A stretch of DNA of 64,000 nt from Nageia nagi. Its lineage: Eukaryota > Plantae > Pinophyta. The notes under the pieces were generated by a model, which saw only the letters and a list, made by a program, of their open reading frames with translations, was not told the origin of the DNA and ran no database searches. Location: the NCBI GenBank assembly GCA_050084985.1, contig JBITNC010000002.1:10540001-10604000 (forward strand). The letters are read 5' to 3'. Positions 27,850-40,725 of the stretch are shown here, one piece after another. Position numbers and translations under genes: made by a program. Position 1 is the first letter of the stretch. The number at the start of each line of letters is the position of its first letter.

Positions 27850-28253
27850 GTAATATACGAATCATATAAGATGCATTTCTCAAGTTTTACATGGCTGGAT
27901 TCTGTCTGCTGCAAAATTGAAATTATATATTATATTTGAATCTTAATAGATATAGAATCAGTTTGCATGCTAAGATTGATGGCACAGTGTTTGTAAGATT
28001 AAAGACTTTGCTAATAGCTAGTCTGCTGTTGGCACCAAATGCAATTTGCCAACTCAATGTTGTAGTGGATGTAAATGGCTTCCACTCTGTAATATAAGAG
28101 TCATAAAAATGACTTTCTCAAGTTTTACCTCATTCTGCCTCACAATTAAAATTATTTTTATATTTGAGATCTAAATGAAGACAGCTTCAACTTGCATGCT
28201 ATGAATTCTGGCATATTGTTTATAAAACAAAGGATTTTGCTAAAGCTAGTCTG
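27782..28253 (+). repeat. Tandem duplication (~240 bp) of the exon 3' end, donor site and intron start
   Basis: Copy 1 27782-28025; diverged copy 2 28026-28253 (ggcttccacacggtaatat vs ggcttccactctgtaatat; ctttgctaatagctagtctg vs ttttgctaaagctagtctg). Confidence 0.9.
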
Positions 28254-28724
28254 AATCTCGGTGTTTTATTTCATACAACATCCTGGTTTCATGGCAGTAG
28301 TTTTATAATGAATTATTTCTGTTCTTTCATGCTAGAAGAAAGCATGTTATGTATATTTTATTATTCTCTACTTCTTTATTAATATAGTTCCATGTTTTCT
28401 GATAGAAACTGAAACAGTTGCTACAGACTCTGCCTAGTAATTGCTAAACATCTTATGATTTCATGTTTCTGAGATGTAAGCATTAACCCATGCATGAATA
28501 TCACATATCTGTTCCTTTTCCTTTATGTGTGTATATTGCATCTGAAATCAATGCTTTTTTCTGTCTATGACATGCAACTTTCATGCATATAGACTTAAGT
28601 CAGTTCAGAGCCTGTCATCCGAGGTCTATTAACTCTCACTTTTAGCTGTATGAGAAGATTATGCTATTTTTTGGTGTCCTGTCTACAATGAAATCTGAGG
28701 TAGATACTATTGTGTACAGGACAA

Positions 28725-30215
28725 AAGAACTTATGTTAATGTCCATGAGTGACCAAAAAGGTCAAAGGGACTAGAAAGTACAGCCAAGGGAATAGAGATG
28801 AACAAAGGAAAAAAAACTAGTGAAAGAAAGCCAACTAAAATGAAGCAAAGGGGTAAGGAGGTAAGAGGATAAATCTATTAAGCCCCGAAGAGGAGGAACA
28901 CGACTTGGAACGAAGTGTGAATCTGAATAACCAACAAATGTGACATCAACAACCTCGAAAGTTATCGCGCAGGAACTGATAAAGGTTGTGGTAGAAAGCC
29001 CCAGACTAGGCTAGACCATCTTGGGGGAAGTTGAAAATTGCCCTCTCAAACCTTTCCCAACATTCAAGGTTGTAGCAAGGAAGAAAGTGGTAATGAGAGA
29101 TTGTCTACATTGCATCAACAATAGACGCAAGGAGGCATTACTATTGATTGGAAACAAATTTGAGGTGGAAAGGTCATTGGGGTACTATTGATCAGAAACT
29201 AATTTGACATCTTCTATGCAGGGACTAGCCGTGTCTCGAAGGCATTTAACACTCCCAATAATTGTGATGGGCTGAAAGAAGTAATCAATCTAGTAGTTGT
29301 AGGGGCCTCTTGTAGAGAGTTGCATATGAGAGTGGGCACCACTAATCGAGACATTGGAAGAACGTGGAGAGATAGTTAACAAAGTCTCTATATAAGCAAT
29401 GGAATGCCCCCTAGATCTCATAATAGGTAGGTCATCTGAAAATAAAGTGCTTCTCAGAGTACACTTGTTGGATGGAGCAAAGAAAACAAACACATTCCAC
29501 ATGTGGAATATCATAATTAGTTTCGATATGAAGTTGATGTGAGCATACTCTCAATTGGCCAAGAGGGATCCTCAAGCCATGTGACCAATGATGTTGGAGA
29601 TAGATAGGTTGACTAATGATACCATCAACATCGTGTAAAAAGTGCGCCACATAGAAGGCTAGCTTGGGGTTCAGTGGCATACAAAGAGGAGTTCATGTGA
29701 CTATAGTGTATTTTAGGTAATGTTATCACAGATAGACCTACAAATTATCTCCTTTGAGGCCAAAGCCGAAGGGGGGGGGGCGTTCAATGAGTGCTTGAAG
29801 GGAGGAAGTTGATCAATAAAGAGACCAATAGATTGGAGGAGCAAACAAGTGTTAGAGAACCAACAACTTTGATGTCTTATGTATGCTAGGGAGGCAACAT
29901 ACTTAGAGGAGCAAAGAGCTAGAAATGGTTTTCATGCACGATAAGAGGTAGAGTTTGCTATATGTCAGAGTCTTTGAATGTGGATGATAATCTAAAAGAT
30001 GCATTCAAGATGGAGGGTGAACTCGGCCTGGATAAGGCACTAGGAATTGTTTGTCTACAACAAATTAAATGTTGGAGCATCAGAGTTAGAACTCATTCAA
30101 AGCGAGCATCGTCAATGGGTCACAAGTTGGGACCTCGAACCCATAAGTGGCTATAGTTCAAATGATGACGATGAAGAGATTTATCTTTGAAGGGATATCT
30201 TGGAAATGGATATGA
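28725..30215 (-). mobile_element. 5'-truncated RTE/RTEX-like LINE
   Basis: YLQHHWSHGLRIPLGQLRVCSHQLHIETN...CFLC...EKHFIFR; shared 3' terminal stem-loop at ~28740-28771. Confidence 0.85.
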
Positions 30216-30719
30216 AAACATTGGTGTTCTAGGGTAGAGAAGGAAACATAATCCTTGCAAAGATGCAAGTAAGTGTTAGTCCTGATCTTCAAGTAAGTGT
30301 ATAGAGATTCAGGAAAGTCAATTAACACCTATTGCTTTGACCAATGAGTTTTCCTTTGTATCTTCTTGACATGTTTCTCTTAGATATTGGGCATTGAAGG
30401 AGCTTGTAGATTATTGACCTGCTTCTCTTAGATATTGGACAGTGTTAGATCTATAGACCATCGTGGCACATAACTATTCATTGATCTCCTTTCTTATCAA
30501 ATCTTGGATACAATTGATTCATTACCCTTTGGTGTCAAAGGATATCTATTGTGGCAAACAAATGTTCATCGATCTCTTTCCTTATCAAATCTTGGACACA
30601 ATTAATCCATTACCCTTTGGTGTCATAGGTCAGTGCCAACCTCACCCATAGTTAAGACTGCCACAACAATCATTTCATCATGAAATTGCTTGCTATTTGT
30701 GGAGGATCATTGACCCTAG

Positions 30720-32371
30720 GCAGCAGTGGAGTACATGGGTGATCTTTGTAGTAATATTTGTAAACCATAGGGGAAATCCTGGGCTTGCAAGAACTAAAAT
30801 GTGAAGTAAATGAGTGAAAAACTATAAAATCTAATTTTCTATGAAATGTATTTTGTTATTGACTTTGGCCTTCTGCATAATCAGTACAACCCAAGGCAAT
30901 ATTCCAAGGTCTTCTAGCAATAGGTGTAGGCAATTTGCTGCACATGGGTCCAAATGAGAGTGGGAAATCTCTCCTCCAATAGCTTCCTTGCTACTACATA
31001 AGTTGAAGTGTTGTCTATGATGACTTGGACAACATTTTCATCTCCTATGCCCTCCACTGTATCACTCAACAACCTTGTGAGAATATCTGCACTCTTTACA
31101 TGGGCTAATGTATCTATGGATTTGAGGAATACAAAGCCATTTGATTTAGCAACCAAAAAATTAGTAGTGCCCTTACCCTCCCATCTATCCATCCATTCAA
31201 CATAATAGTGCAACTCTTATAGCTCCAAACTTTACATTGCTGCTGAAGAAAAGCTTGGATATATTGCATTGAATCCTCGAGGAGAGGGCCCTTGAGGTCA
31301 AAATAAGTGGGTGACTTAAATCCTATGCCACATGTTGCAAGTTTGAAAAATACCACCAGGAGACTACACCTTCCCATCTGCCCTATGTTTCTCTTCATTC
31401 CATAATTCCATACCATGCAACGTGGGTTGTGTCCTTGTCGAAGGAAGTGATGCAAAGTCTTCAATCCTAGCCATAATTGAAGGGTTAGAGCCATTGGTAT
31501 GTTGTTTTGCCCTACCAAATGGCCATGGGCCAAGTGTTTTGGTTGTGTTTGGACAAGGGGGGGATGACATGCTATCTATTTGCTAACTTTTCAACTCCAT
31601 CTTCTCACAATAATCAACAAGCATTGCAACACATTCTCATTCAACATCAAGCGGCACATGGTTTCTAGGTTTCACATCATGCCCCTTTTGCCGAGCTAGG
31701 TGATACTTGAGGTGGTTTAGGCCTCAACTCATTTTCAATTCACAAAATAAACCGTATTTCTAAGTTTGAAGATTTAATTTTTTAATTGCTAAGTTTGAAG
31801 TTTGAACTATGGTAAGAAAAAATAAACCGTATTGCTAGTTTTAATTTCTTAAATCCCTAGTCACTAACAATTTGTTAAGAAAAAATAAACCCCCCCAAAA
31901 ATATATTCAACACATGTAATCTTAACCCTAAATCCCCAATAAAATACATTCAAAGCATGTAATCTTAATCCTAAACCCCCAAAACAATTTAAAAGATGGA
32001 AGCAAGAAGATTATTTGCCTCAACTGTGAATTTTGTAGATGTTGGTGGGTATTAGATTCCTCCAATGTTGAAAAAAAATCGCTTTATTTTGCTGTTGAAT
32101 GCTCTTTGACCTCCTTAGAAAATTACTTTAAGGCTTGCACGAGTGAAAGAAATGAAATACAAAGTGTTTTTGAACTTGGTTAGGCCTTTTTTGAGTTTTG
32201 CTAGGTTGGTTGAGTCCCAGAATCAGGAATTATGAGTCTCGGGAGACTCAAACTTGTCAGTACTCGGTGGAGTTAACAAATAAGTTGAGTCTTGGGCCAA
32301 CTCTACTTTGCTAGGCCATCTCGAACCTGGATTTGTTGAGTTAAGGACTCAATTCAAGTTTTACAACTATG
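30720..32371 (-). mobile_element. hAT transposon with decayed BED-finger/DUF659 transposase
   Basis: Minus strand: LKYHLARQKGHDV (BED finger), FKSPTYFDLKGPLL, CTIMLNGWIDG, VFLKSIDT, IGDENVVQVIIDN; gactc-rich subterminal repeats and AACTATG end at ~32371. Confidence 0.88.
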
Positions 32372-35311
32372 ATATGTGCTTTTATATGGTGATACTCTTA
32401 TTGTATGGTTGTGATATTTGCAAGTCTCCAAAGTATGTATTTTGTTCAAAGGGACAAAACAATCGGTACCAAATTTGTTAAGTTCATTTGAACAAAAGAT
32501 AAAAAAAGTTTGGAAGTTTGAGATTTTGAAAAAGGTTTGGTTCAGTTTGAAAAATACAAATAATTAAATACATACAAATATTTATTTTAAATAAATGAAA
32601 TCCTTTAGATAAATTAATAAATACATAAAATTGAAACATTACTACATTAAAGTACAAAATCAAAATCCTATTAAAATAAATTAAATTAAAATATTATATT
32701 AAATTAATAAATACATTAACTTTATTACATTTAAATACATTAAATTAATAACTACATTAAATTAATAGTACATTTATTAATACTCCGATGGTGGTCATTT
32801 TTAGGGAACACCTCGGAAACTACAGGGGAATGACTAGTATAATACTAGTAAAAAATCTCGGACTTATTAGGTTTTTGAAATGTTATTGTTTTTAATTTAG
32901 TATTATCAATTCAATCATATATACAAAACTTGGAACTGAAATTAGAAATCAAGAATAATAATATCAAAATGAGCCATAATCAATGATCATAAGATTGTAG
33001 ACATAGTCATCATATAATGTCATTAAGTTTGAATCGATCTAGTAAATAATGATAGATGGGAAATCTCAAATTTAAAATACTGAAGTCTGAAATTATAGTA
33101 GTAAAACTGTAAAACCAAATAGTACTAAGTAAATACATAAACTAGACTTTGACATGAATATATCAAATCAAAATGCCAAAAGTGAGTATAAAATGAAGTG
33201 TGTTTGTCTTTGCATGCATATATAGTGTCACTTTTGTTAGGAGGCAAAGTCAATATCTAGATCTTTGATGTTCTTCTGCATGGATGTGGATGTATGGTGG
33301 TGCATGGTGCATGGTGGTGTGCCCTTTGACTATTTTTTCATATTTATGCTATTTTGTTATAGTGTATTTGTTGAGATTAGATTATGTCTTTGACTTTGCA
33401 ACGCTTTATTGGCTTACAATTAGTTTTTTTTTTTTTTTTGGGGGGGGGGACATTAACAAGACCTACCCCCATGCCTTACATGGGAAATTTTTATTTTTCT
33501 GAATTTTAAGTGATTTTTTTATATTTTTTTGAAGGTTGGCTGCCCTCTTTCCTAAGGGAACGCTCGATTGTTCCCAGGAGCAATCAAGGAACAACCAATT
33601 GCTCTTCGGAATAGCTAGGACATTCTTGAGGCATTTCCAAAGGGTGGCCATTCGGGAAAGGTTCCCCATCCTCGGGGAATGTTCCTAGGAACATCTCTTT
33701 GTTGTTCTTGAAAGGGTGGTCATTTGGGAACGGGTCCCATCCTTAGGAAACGTTCTCGGGAACGTCTCCCCATCCTTAAGGGAATTTTCTCGAGAATGTC
33801 TTCCCATCCTTAGGGAACGTTTCCAGTAATGTCTCCTTGTCACTGCCTATTTTATGGGGAACGACATGGAGACATTCTTGAGAACACTCCCAGGTTCCCA
33901 AAATGAGGGAACATCGAGAATGCCTCTGCCAAAGGGGAACATGTTCTCGTGGACCCTTGTTTACTATGTGTTTTTCCATAACATCCTTCTCCAAATGTAT
34001 GCCAAGAGCTGGAGCCTCGTCGATGCTTGTGGTGTTTTTGACATAATGATCAAGAGAGATGTTTCTTAGAATGTCAGGGTTGGAGCCTGTTGACGTGATT
34101 TTGTTTCCCCCCCGTGGTAAACAACACCAGACCTCCACTTGAAAGGACTTTAACCCCAAGGTTTATGCATCTTCGAAGCTCAAAGGGGCTTCCTGTGACT
34201 TTAAATGGATTCCCTACCAATTGGTATTCTTTTGTTGCAGAAGTGGCTCAGGTAAGAATGTGCTTAGGGTGGTTAACTCACAAAGTAATGACGAACCTAT
34301 TGGGTTTTTCTTTTGCAATTCTGTTTGTCTTCGTGATGGTACTTGAAACAAAAGAATGATGGTATTTTAAGTGTCAGGATATGAAGGAAAGAATAAAGTA
34401 GGTTTGGTAGTTGATGGTTATTTATTGCCGTAAAGGGTTTGGGGCTTTGCTTTCAAACTTATTAGGAATTCCTACTGGAGTTATCAAGCAGAGGAGGAAA
34501 CGACTTTGTCCGAATCTTTCCCAAGCAAGAACACGGGGTAGTGGACAATATGGAAATTCAGAAGTGAAGTGGGTGAATCACTCAATTATCCATTTCCAGC
34601 AGATAAAACAAATCAAATATCATAAAAGTGGAGTAATTCCAAAATATTATGACTTTATGCAGATTGCAGAAACGATCATCCATCCATTTAAGAAAAGTAT
34701 TCAATCATCTTTCTCTAAAGTGCTGAAATTTCAAAGGAAATGCTTGTAAATGTATAAATGATACAACAACACGTATTTCATGCCATATGCGCAACTACAA
34801 TCCCATGAAATAAACAGTCACACTTGCTTTAATAACAAAGTTTCTCAGAATGATAAATCATACATACATACAATGGAAACCTCAACTCCAAAAAAGTATG
34901 CTCCTCAGAAGATTTGCATTCAGCTCATAAAGGAGAATACAATATCTCTATCTTCGCATATCAATCTATATGTGTCTATCCATCTATCTATCTCCTTATA
35001 TCTTAAAAAAAGACCCGGTTAGGGGTACTTATAGTATGTGTATGACAACTTCATTAAATGAAGCATTGCCCCAACATTAATTATAGAGTTTCCCTAAACA
35101 ACCATGCAACCCTAATACCATATCGAAAAACACAAAAGCCACCAACAAAAAGAAAAACTACGGCTAAACAACACCGCTCAATCTCACATCAGTACCTGAT
35201 CATACCCGATCAGATAAGATTTTATTCATCTTGCAACTGTGGGAGCGGGTCACAGTGCAAAATTTTAAAATATAAAAGTTTTAACAGAAAATAAAATATG
35301 CATTTATCCAT

Positions 35312-38300
35312 CTATTCCTCTATGGGACCAACAACAGCAAAGATGTCCTTTGGAATCCCATGAGACTTGTCATCAAAGAAAGCCTTGGCCTTGGTGAGTC
35401 TTATAGTGAGTGCACCCGACAACTCTTCATCCTTTCTGTTGTGGAAGTCAAGGATGAACTGAGAGGTGGCCTCCATCTGGAATTTCCAGAGGGCCAAATT
35501 TTGCTAATTTTCAATATGGGTTCCTGCTCTCAGCAAATTCGCATCCTTTGTGAAGATGAGCTCCCTTATGATGTTTCGAATTTCTCGTACTACGAGCTCA
35601 ACGTGCCTCGCTTTTCCGTCCTCATTTATGAAGTTGATTGGCTACACAAACTGGCTCATGTGGAAGGTTAAAGTGGAAAGGAGATCGGTCCTCGCTTGAA
35701 TGAGATTGGCACATTCCCTCGCAACGAACCTCAACCGGCGTAGTGATAGGCAAGTTTCTGACAGTATTGCACTCAACTAGGCTGTCCTACGGAAGCTCTT
35801 TTGATGTTTTGGATAGCTTGCTCATGATTTTGAGAGTCGTGTAGGAACTAGGAGAAAGCGGTTGTCGTACTCTCCTTTATCTTCTGTTCATCTGTAAGGG
35901 AAACTAGCCGGAGCGAGAGCTCATTGATCAATCTCATCTCTGCATTGACCAAAGTCTCCTTGGTTGAAGTTATGTCGATGTTTAGTGAGGTCTGCACTTT
36001 AATATCTTCAATGGTCATCTTGGTAGCTTCTATCTCTTTCACCAGTTTGTTCTTCCGAGTTAGATCCTTCTTTAGTTCCTTGACCTTGTTCTCCCTCTCG
36101 ATCCCTTGTCTGACCATCTCATCCATATTGTAATTAATAGCATGCTTGCATCCAACCCACCCTATCTTCTTTACCTTGAACTCTGTGGTGTGGACCCGCA
36201 CGTCTTGCAAATCTTGTGGATGTTTCTTCTTGGAATAACATTTGTTGATGATCACTTTATCATTTTTCATAGACACAAGTGTCTATTTCTTCGATGGGAG
36301 AGTCTTTTGATGTATTTTCTCTCCTTTGGCTTGATTCATCATCATCACTCTTATAGCTCATCTGAAGGTCTTTGATGACCACATCGATATCAAGTCATAT
36401 TCTTTTTGCGGGCAACTGAACTAGTTGCAGCGTTGGCCAAAGTGGTGTCTGTATTTGTTGGAGCGAACTCTTCGGGGATCTCTTCAATTCTCAATTGCTG
36501 ACTTTTTATTTCAGCTGGTTTTTCTTTACTTCTTGATGACCTGTGATTGCCATGTTCTTGTTTCTTTGTTTTCTTTCTTTGCTCCTCACTTTCGCCTTTA
36601 TCTACTTCATCTCCCCATCTCCAACTACGGAAGTTTTACTTAGCTTTGAAGGCTTGCTAGGGGTCGTTCGAGAAGTCTCCTTTTTGGGGGATGACCTTCT
36701 CTTCCTCCATGGAGTGGTAGATTTTGAAGAAGCAACCTGCTTCACTGATGTCGATCTTGTAGGCAAAGCCTCACCAATCTCCTCTGTCTTGGATCTACCC
36801 TCAATGTCTACTATTTGGGTCTCCTCTATTCTAGATTGCAAGTCTTCGCCATCCTCATGCTCTTTCTCGGTCTCTCCTCCTTTTGAACCAGATTCATGTG
36901 AACTAGAAGATTCAGAGGATGTCTTAGAATCAAAAGACGAGCTTGAAGGATTAGGCTCTTCATGTTGGTTTGTAGTGGGAGCCTTTTCTTGGGTCTTTGC
37001 CTCAATGGGCTTTGGGAATGTGTTTGTTGCATGTTCTTTGATGGGCGTCAAGAGGTTTGGGATAGCCAAAGGATTCTCAACACGAATGGGTACAATGGGC
37101 ACCATGGGTACGTCCTTGGGGATGGCATCCTCAAGATGCTGGAGTGGAAAATTTGGGTACCATGTTTCTTTCATGACGGCCACATCTTTAGTAATCTCTT
37201 GGACGACAGTATGGATTCCAGACTTGGCCTTGCCCAAAGTGGTATGCTCTCCTATTCGTCCCTGATGTTTTCTCACTCTCGAGGAGAAAGTGGACTTGTC
37301 AGTTGAGATGGCTCAAGGATCATTTAGGCTTTGGATTCTTTTATCAATTTGTCCCTCAGCTGGTAGGATTTGGTGAACCTCCTGAATCTGCTTCTCCTCC
37401 CTCTTGTTCATGTATCTCTCCTTGTCTCCAAGAGGTCGATGCTCATAGATTACATGATTTCTAAATGCCCGTTTGTAGAAACATTGGATCTTTCCTTAGG
37501 GATTGTAGTGGGATGCTGCCTGCTCCTCACTAAAGTGGTAGTAAAACAATTCACTGCCCATTTCCTTGGCCTCTTGTCAATTCGAGCAAGTCTATTCCTT
37601 GATGGAAATGGGGAGGTTTGTTGTAGCATTCTTCTTCTTCCATACATTTTCATACAAAAACAATAGCTGCCTGCAGAACTCCATGAGGATAAGGCGATTG
37701 TTGGCATACTGGGGCAAGAGATAGGGCTTGACTTCAGAGCCATAGACCCGAATGTAGGTATGTGTAGGGTCTTCTAGAAAGTAATCAACATGCCCAGGGA
37801 TGGCCTCAACGGTAGAATCGAATATCCTCTTCACCATTTGCTTCTCTTTTATCTCTTTGTAAATTTGGTACTCCCATCCATCATTCCTCGTGGCATAATA
37901 GTCCCATTTGGACTCTAGCCACCACTTGGGGTAGGCTCTTCATACATGTTTCTTTGTATTGTTCAATACTTCCATGTTTGCATGGGCTGATTTTCTGTTT
38001 TTGCCATGGAGGAGCTAATGTGAGCTAGCTGGAACAAGAGGGAATCACTTATCACCTTGTTCCACTTTATTTTGTGTCGATTCCAAATCACAACAATGAA
38101 CCTGGTAAACTCCTTTCGGAATTTGAAATCATCCTCTTTGCTAGTGACCGTGGACAACATGCTGATGATCCTGAACATAGTTGGGTAGAAGTGTTGCCTC
38201 TTTGCATTCATCAATTTATTCCCCGTAAATCCCTTGCTTTCATTTTCGAGCCAGTCTCTGATAAGATCCGTGGCTCGTGAAGATTTCTCATAATAATCCA

Positions 38301-38740
38301 AGGAATCTTTCTCCATGTAGATGACCCCCTCACCACTCCATTGAAGGCTTCCTCAATCCCTTGTGGAGAGAAATCGAGAATTTTCTTGCCATTGGTGTCA
38401 TAAAGGGCACGGTCTTTGAAGTTGGCATGCTTGCCTACTTCATAGCATAGCTCGAGAAAAGGGATAGCAAAGGGGATCAAGGTGGCAATAGCTAGTCCTG
38501 ATATGCATATGACTTCCTTAAGGATCTGAAATTTGTCAACTCCCCAATGGCTTGTAATTTCCATACCAAGTTTGTATGCGACCAATTGGTGTCTCTAACG
38601 TTGGTGAAGCTGTTTATAAATTTGGCCTGCCTCAAAGGCTCCTTAGGATTCTCCTTAATCAACTCTATCTAATTGCGCTTGGTCATTCTGGCTAACTATA
38701 AGTCTTTGGTTTTTCCCAATTTGGAGCTTATTTTTGCCAT
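35312..38740 (-). pseudogene. Decayed ~3.4-kb accessory ORF (globular N-terminus, S/E/K-rich linker, coiled-coil C-terminus)
   Basis: Chain of minus-strand ORF pieces (38585-38211, 38316-37963, 37837-37592, 37276-36602, 36276-35848, 35497-35312); ATG at 38740 preceded by acceptor-like ttgtgcAG and TATA-like tataaagg (~38840). Confidence 0.7.
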
Positions 38741-39206
38741 TTCAAACCTGCACAAGTAGACCAAGTTAGTAGCGATTGGACTTAACAAACACTGGACATG
38801 ATGCAAGGAGGATGTGCTGCCTGGCAGACCTGTATGCCTTTATATGGATGCAATGGACTTTGACAATGAATGTTCGTAGCAAAAAGGGGGTTGACCTTCC
38901 CACATGCAACGTTGTTTGTGATATGATCTGAATGATTTAATGAATGAATGCGTCTATGTTGGCTAGCTTGTTGGCCCCTTTCTAAATGCAAAATGCTCAT
39001 GGACCTGGTCGCACCAAATTGGAATGTTACTTTCTTGACTTGAGAAAACAATGTCACAACAAAGTTGACCTCATGCGACGTGAAAAAATGAAAGGTTCGA
39101 CTAACAAACAAAACGGAACTCTAATATATGAATGGAAAAACTTAGGACATGATGTAATTACTACTCAAATGGCCATGCAACAAAATTTGACTTGATTAAT
39201 GCAAAG

Positions 39207-40725
39207 GAGGTCGTGTTTAATTGGAATGATGGAAGTGTATCTTCTTGGAATCATGCGACCAAATGCACGAATGATTAATGGAAGGTGGAGTAAATGTAAC
39301 AAAACACAAGGTGTTGATTTTAATGCAAAAGGAGTGGTCGCACGCTTTTGGGATGATGGAGATGTGACTTAGTGTAACCGTGCGACCAAGATTGTGGAGA
39401 AAATGAAGTACTAAATTTGACTAAGTCACCCCCCTTTTCTATCTTATAGATGCTCAAGATTGCCAGGTGGCAACATCTAGGGGAGGAAACAAGTTTTTCA
39501 ACAAGTGTCCTTTTTCATGTAAGAGAAAGAGAGTGGTCGATAGCTCTCAAAATGATGCAATTGTGATTTTGCTAGTGCCAAACTTGGTCCAAAATGCAGC
39601 TATGAGGGTGGTCGCATATCCTTCAAAAGATGCAATGGTGACTTTTTAAAACCGTGCGATCACTTGAACTGGATCTGAATGCAAAATAGGGGGGGGTGGT
39701 TGCATGTCTCTCAAAAGATGCAGCTATGACTTGCTAAAATCATGCGATCACTCAAATGCTTTGGGCGCATACTTAGCCAAATTTTGGAGGTGAAAGGGGG
39801 TGGTTAGGATTTTTCCAAAAGATGCAACCATAACTTTTTCTGTATCGTGCGACCACTTTGGATGCCAAGTCTGACTTGGTGCAAATAAGTACCTGTTCTT
39901 GCTTTTATAGTTTCTTGCCCGCCAAGTGTCTGTGCTAGACTGGTCAGAGTAGAGGCCGAATGGGCCTAAGATAGGCTTCCTTGGTGCATGCGCAATGTCT
40001 GGAGGGGTGGTCGCATGCTTTACCAAAGATGATTGTGCAACTTTTTGAAATCGTGTGAACACCTCTAAGGAGCCCTTCGTCCAACACTTAGTCAATTTTG
40101 GAGCTCAAAATTCTGAAAAGAGGGTGGTCGCATGATTTTTGAAATATGGAAAGGTGACTTCTCCAAACTGTGCGAATGCCCCTAAAGCTGCAAACTGAGT
40201 GGAACAAATGAACTAGGTGACTCTTCTTTATATACTGGCCTCACTTGCTAGGTGTCCTTGTTCATATGGCCAAAGTGCAGGTCGAATGTGGCTAAGGTAG
40301 GTGTAATGTCCAAGTGAGGGTGGTCAGGAGGTTAGAGGTTACAAAAAGATGAGTTTGTGACTTTTACAAATCGTGTGAACAACCTTTGAAAGAGAAATTG
40401 CAAACATTTAGCCAATTTTTGGAGCTCTTAAACCATTCAGGAGGGGTGGTCGCATGGCTAGAAAAAGATGGGTTTGCAACTTCTTGAAACCAGGCGAACA
40501 CCTCTCAAAATGCTAGTTTTTTTTGTTTTTCAACTTTGCTTCTCAAGAGGGGGTGGTTGCATGATTTTAGGGAGATGGAAATGCAACTTTTCAAGATCAT
40601 GCAAACACCCTCAGGATGGAAAATTTTGAAGACTTACTTGTTTTTTAGGTGCTGAAACTTGCTTGAAGGGTGGTCGCACTGTTCTTCAAAGATGGATGAG
40701 TGACCCTTTTGTGCCATGCAACCGG
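39207..40725. repeat. Array of ~11 imperfect hairpin units (~57 bp) with variable spacers
   Basis: GGGTGGTCGCATG...AAAGATG...ACTTTT...CGTGCGACCAC-type units at ~39207, 39332, 39605, 39693, 39796, 40003, 40121, 40317, 40442, 40549, 40667. Confidence 0.9.

Noticed and set aside
27121-27939. Stand-alone 272-aa gene
   Set aside because: It is RECG exon 27172-27849 plus intronic read-through.
30647-30654. CATAGTT as the left TIR of the hAT transposase element
   Set aside because: No matching 8-bp TSD with the 32371 end; may be chance sequence within decayed transposase.
36543-37265. 240-aa plus-strand membrane-like ORF
   Set aside because: Antisense shadow of the low-complexity minus-strand ORF.
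39207-40725. CRISPR array
   Set aside because: Repeats are degenerate, spacer lengths vary widely, there are no cas genes, and the context is a eukaryotic transposon.
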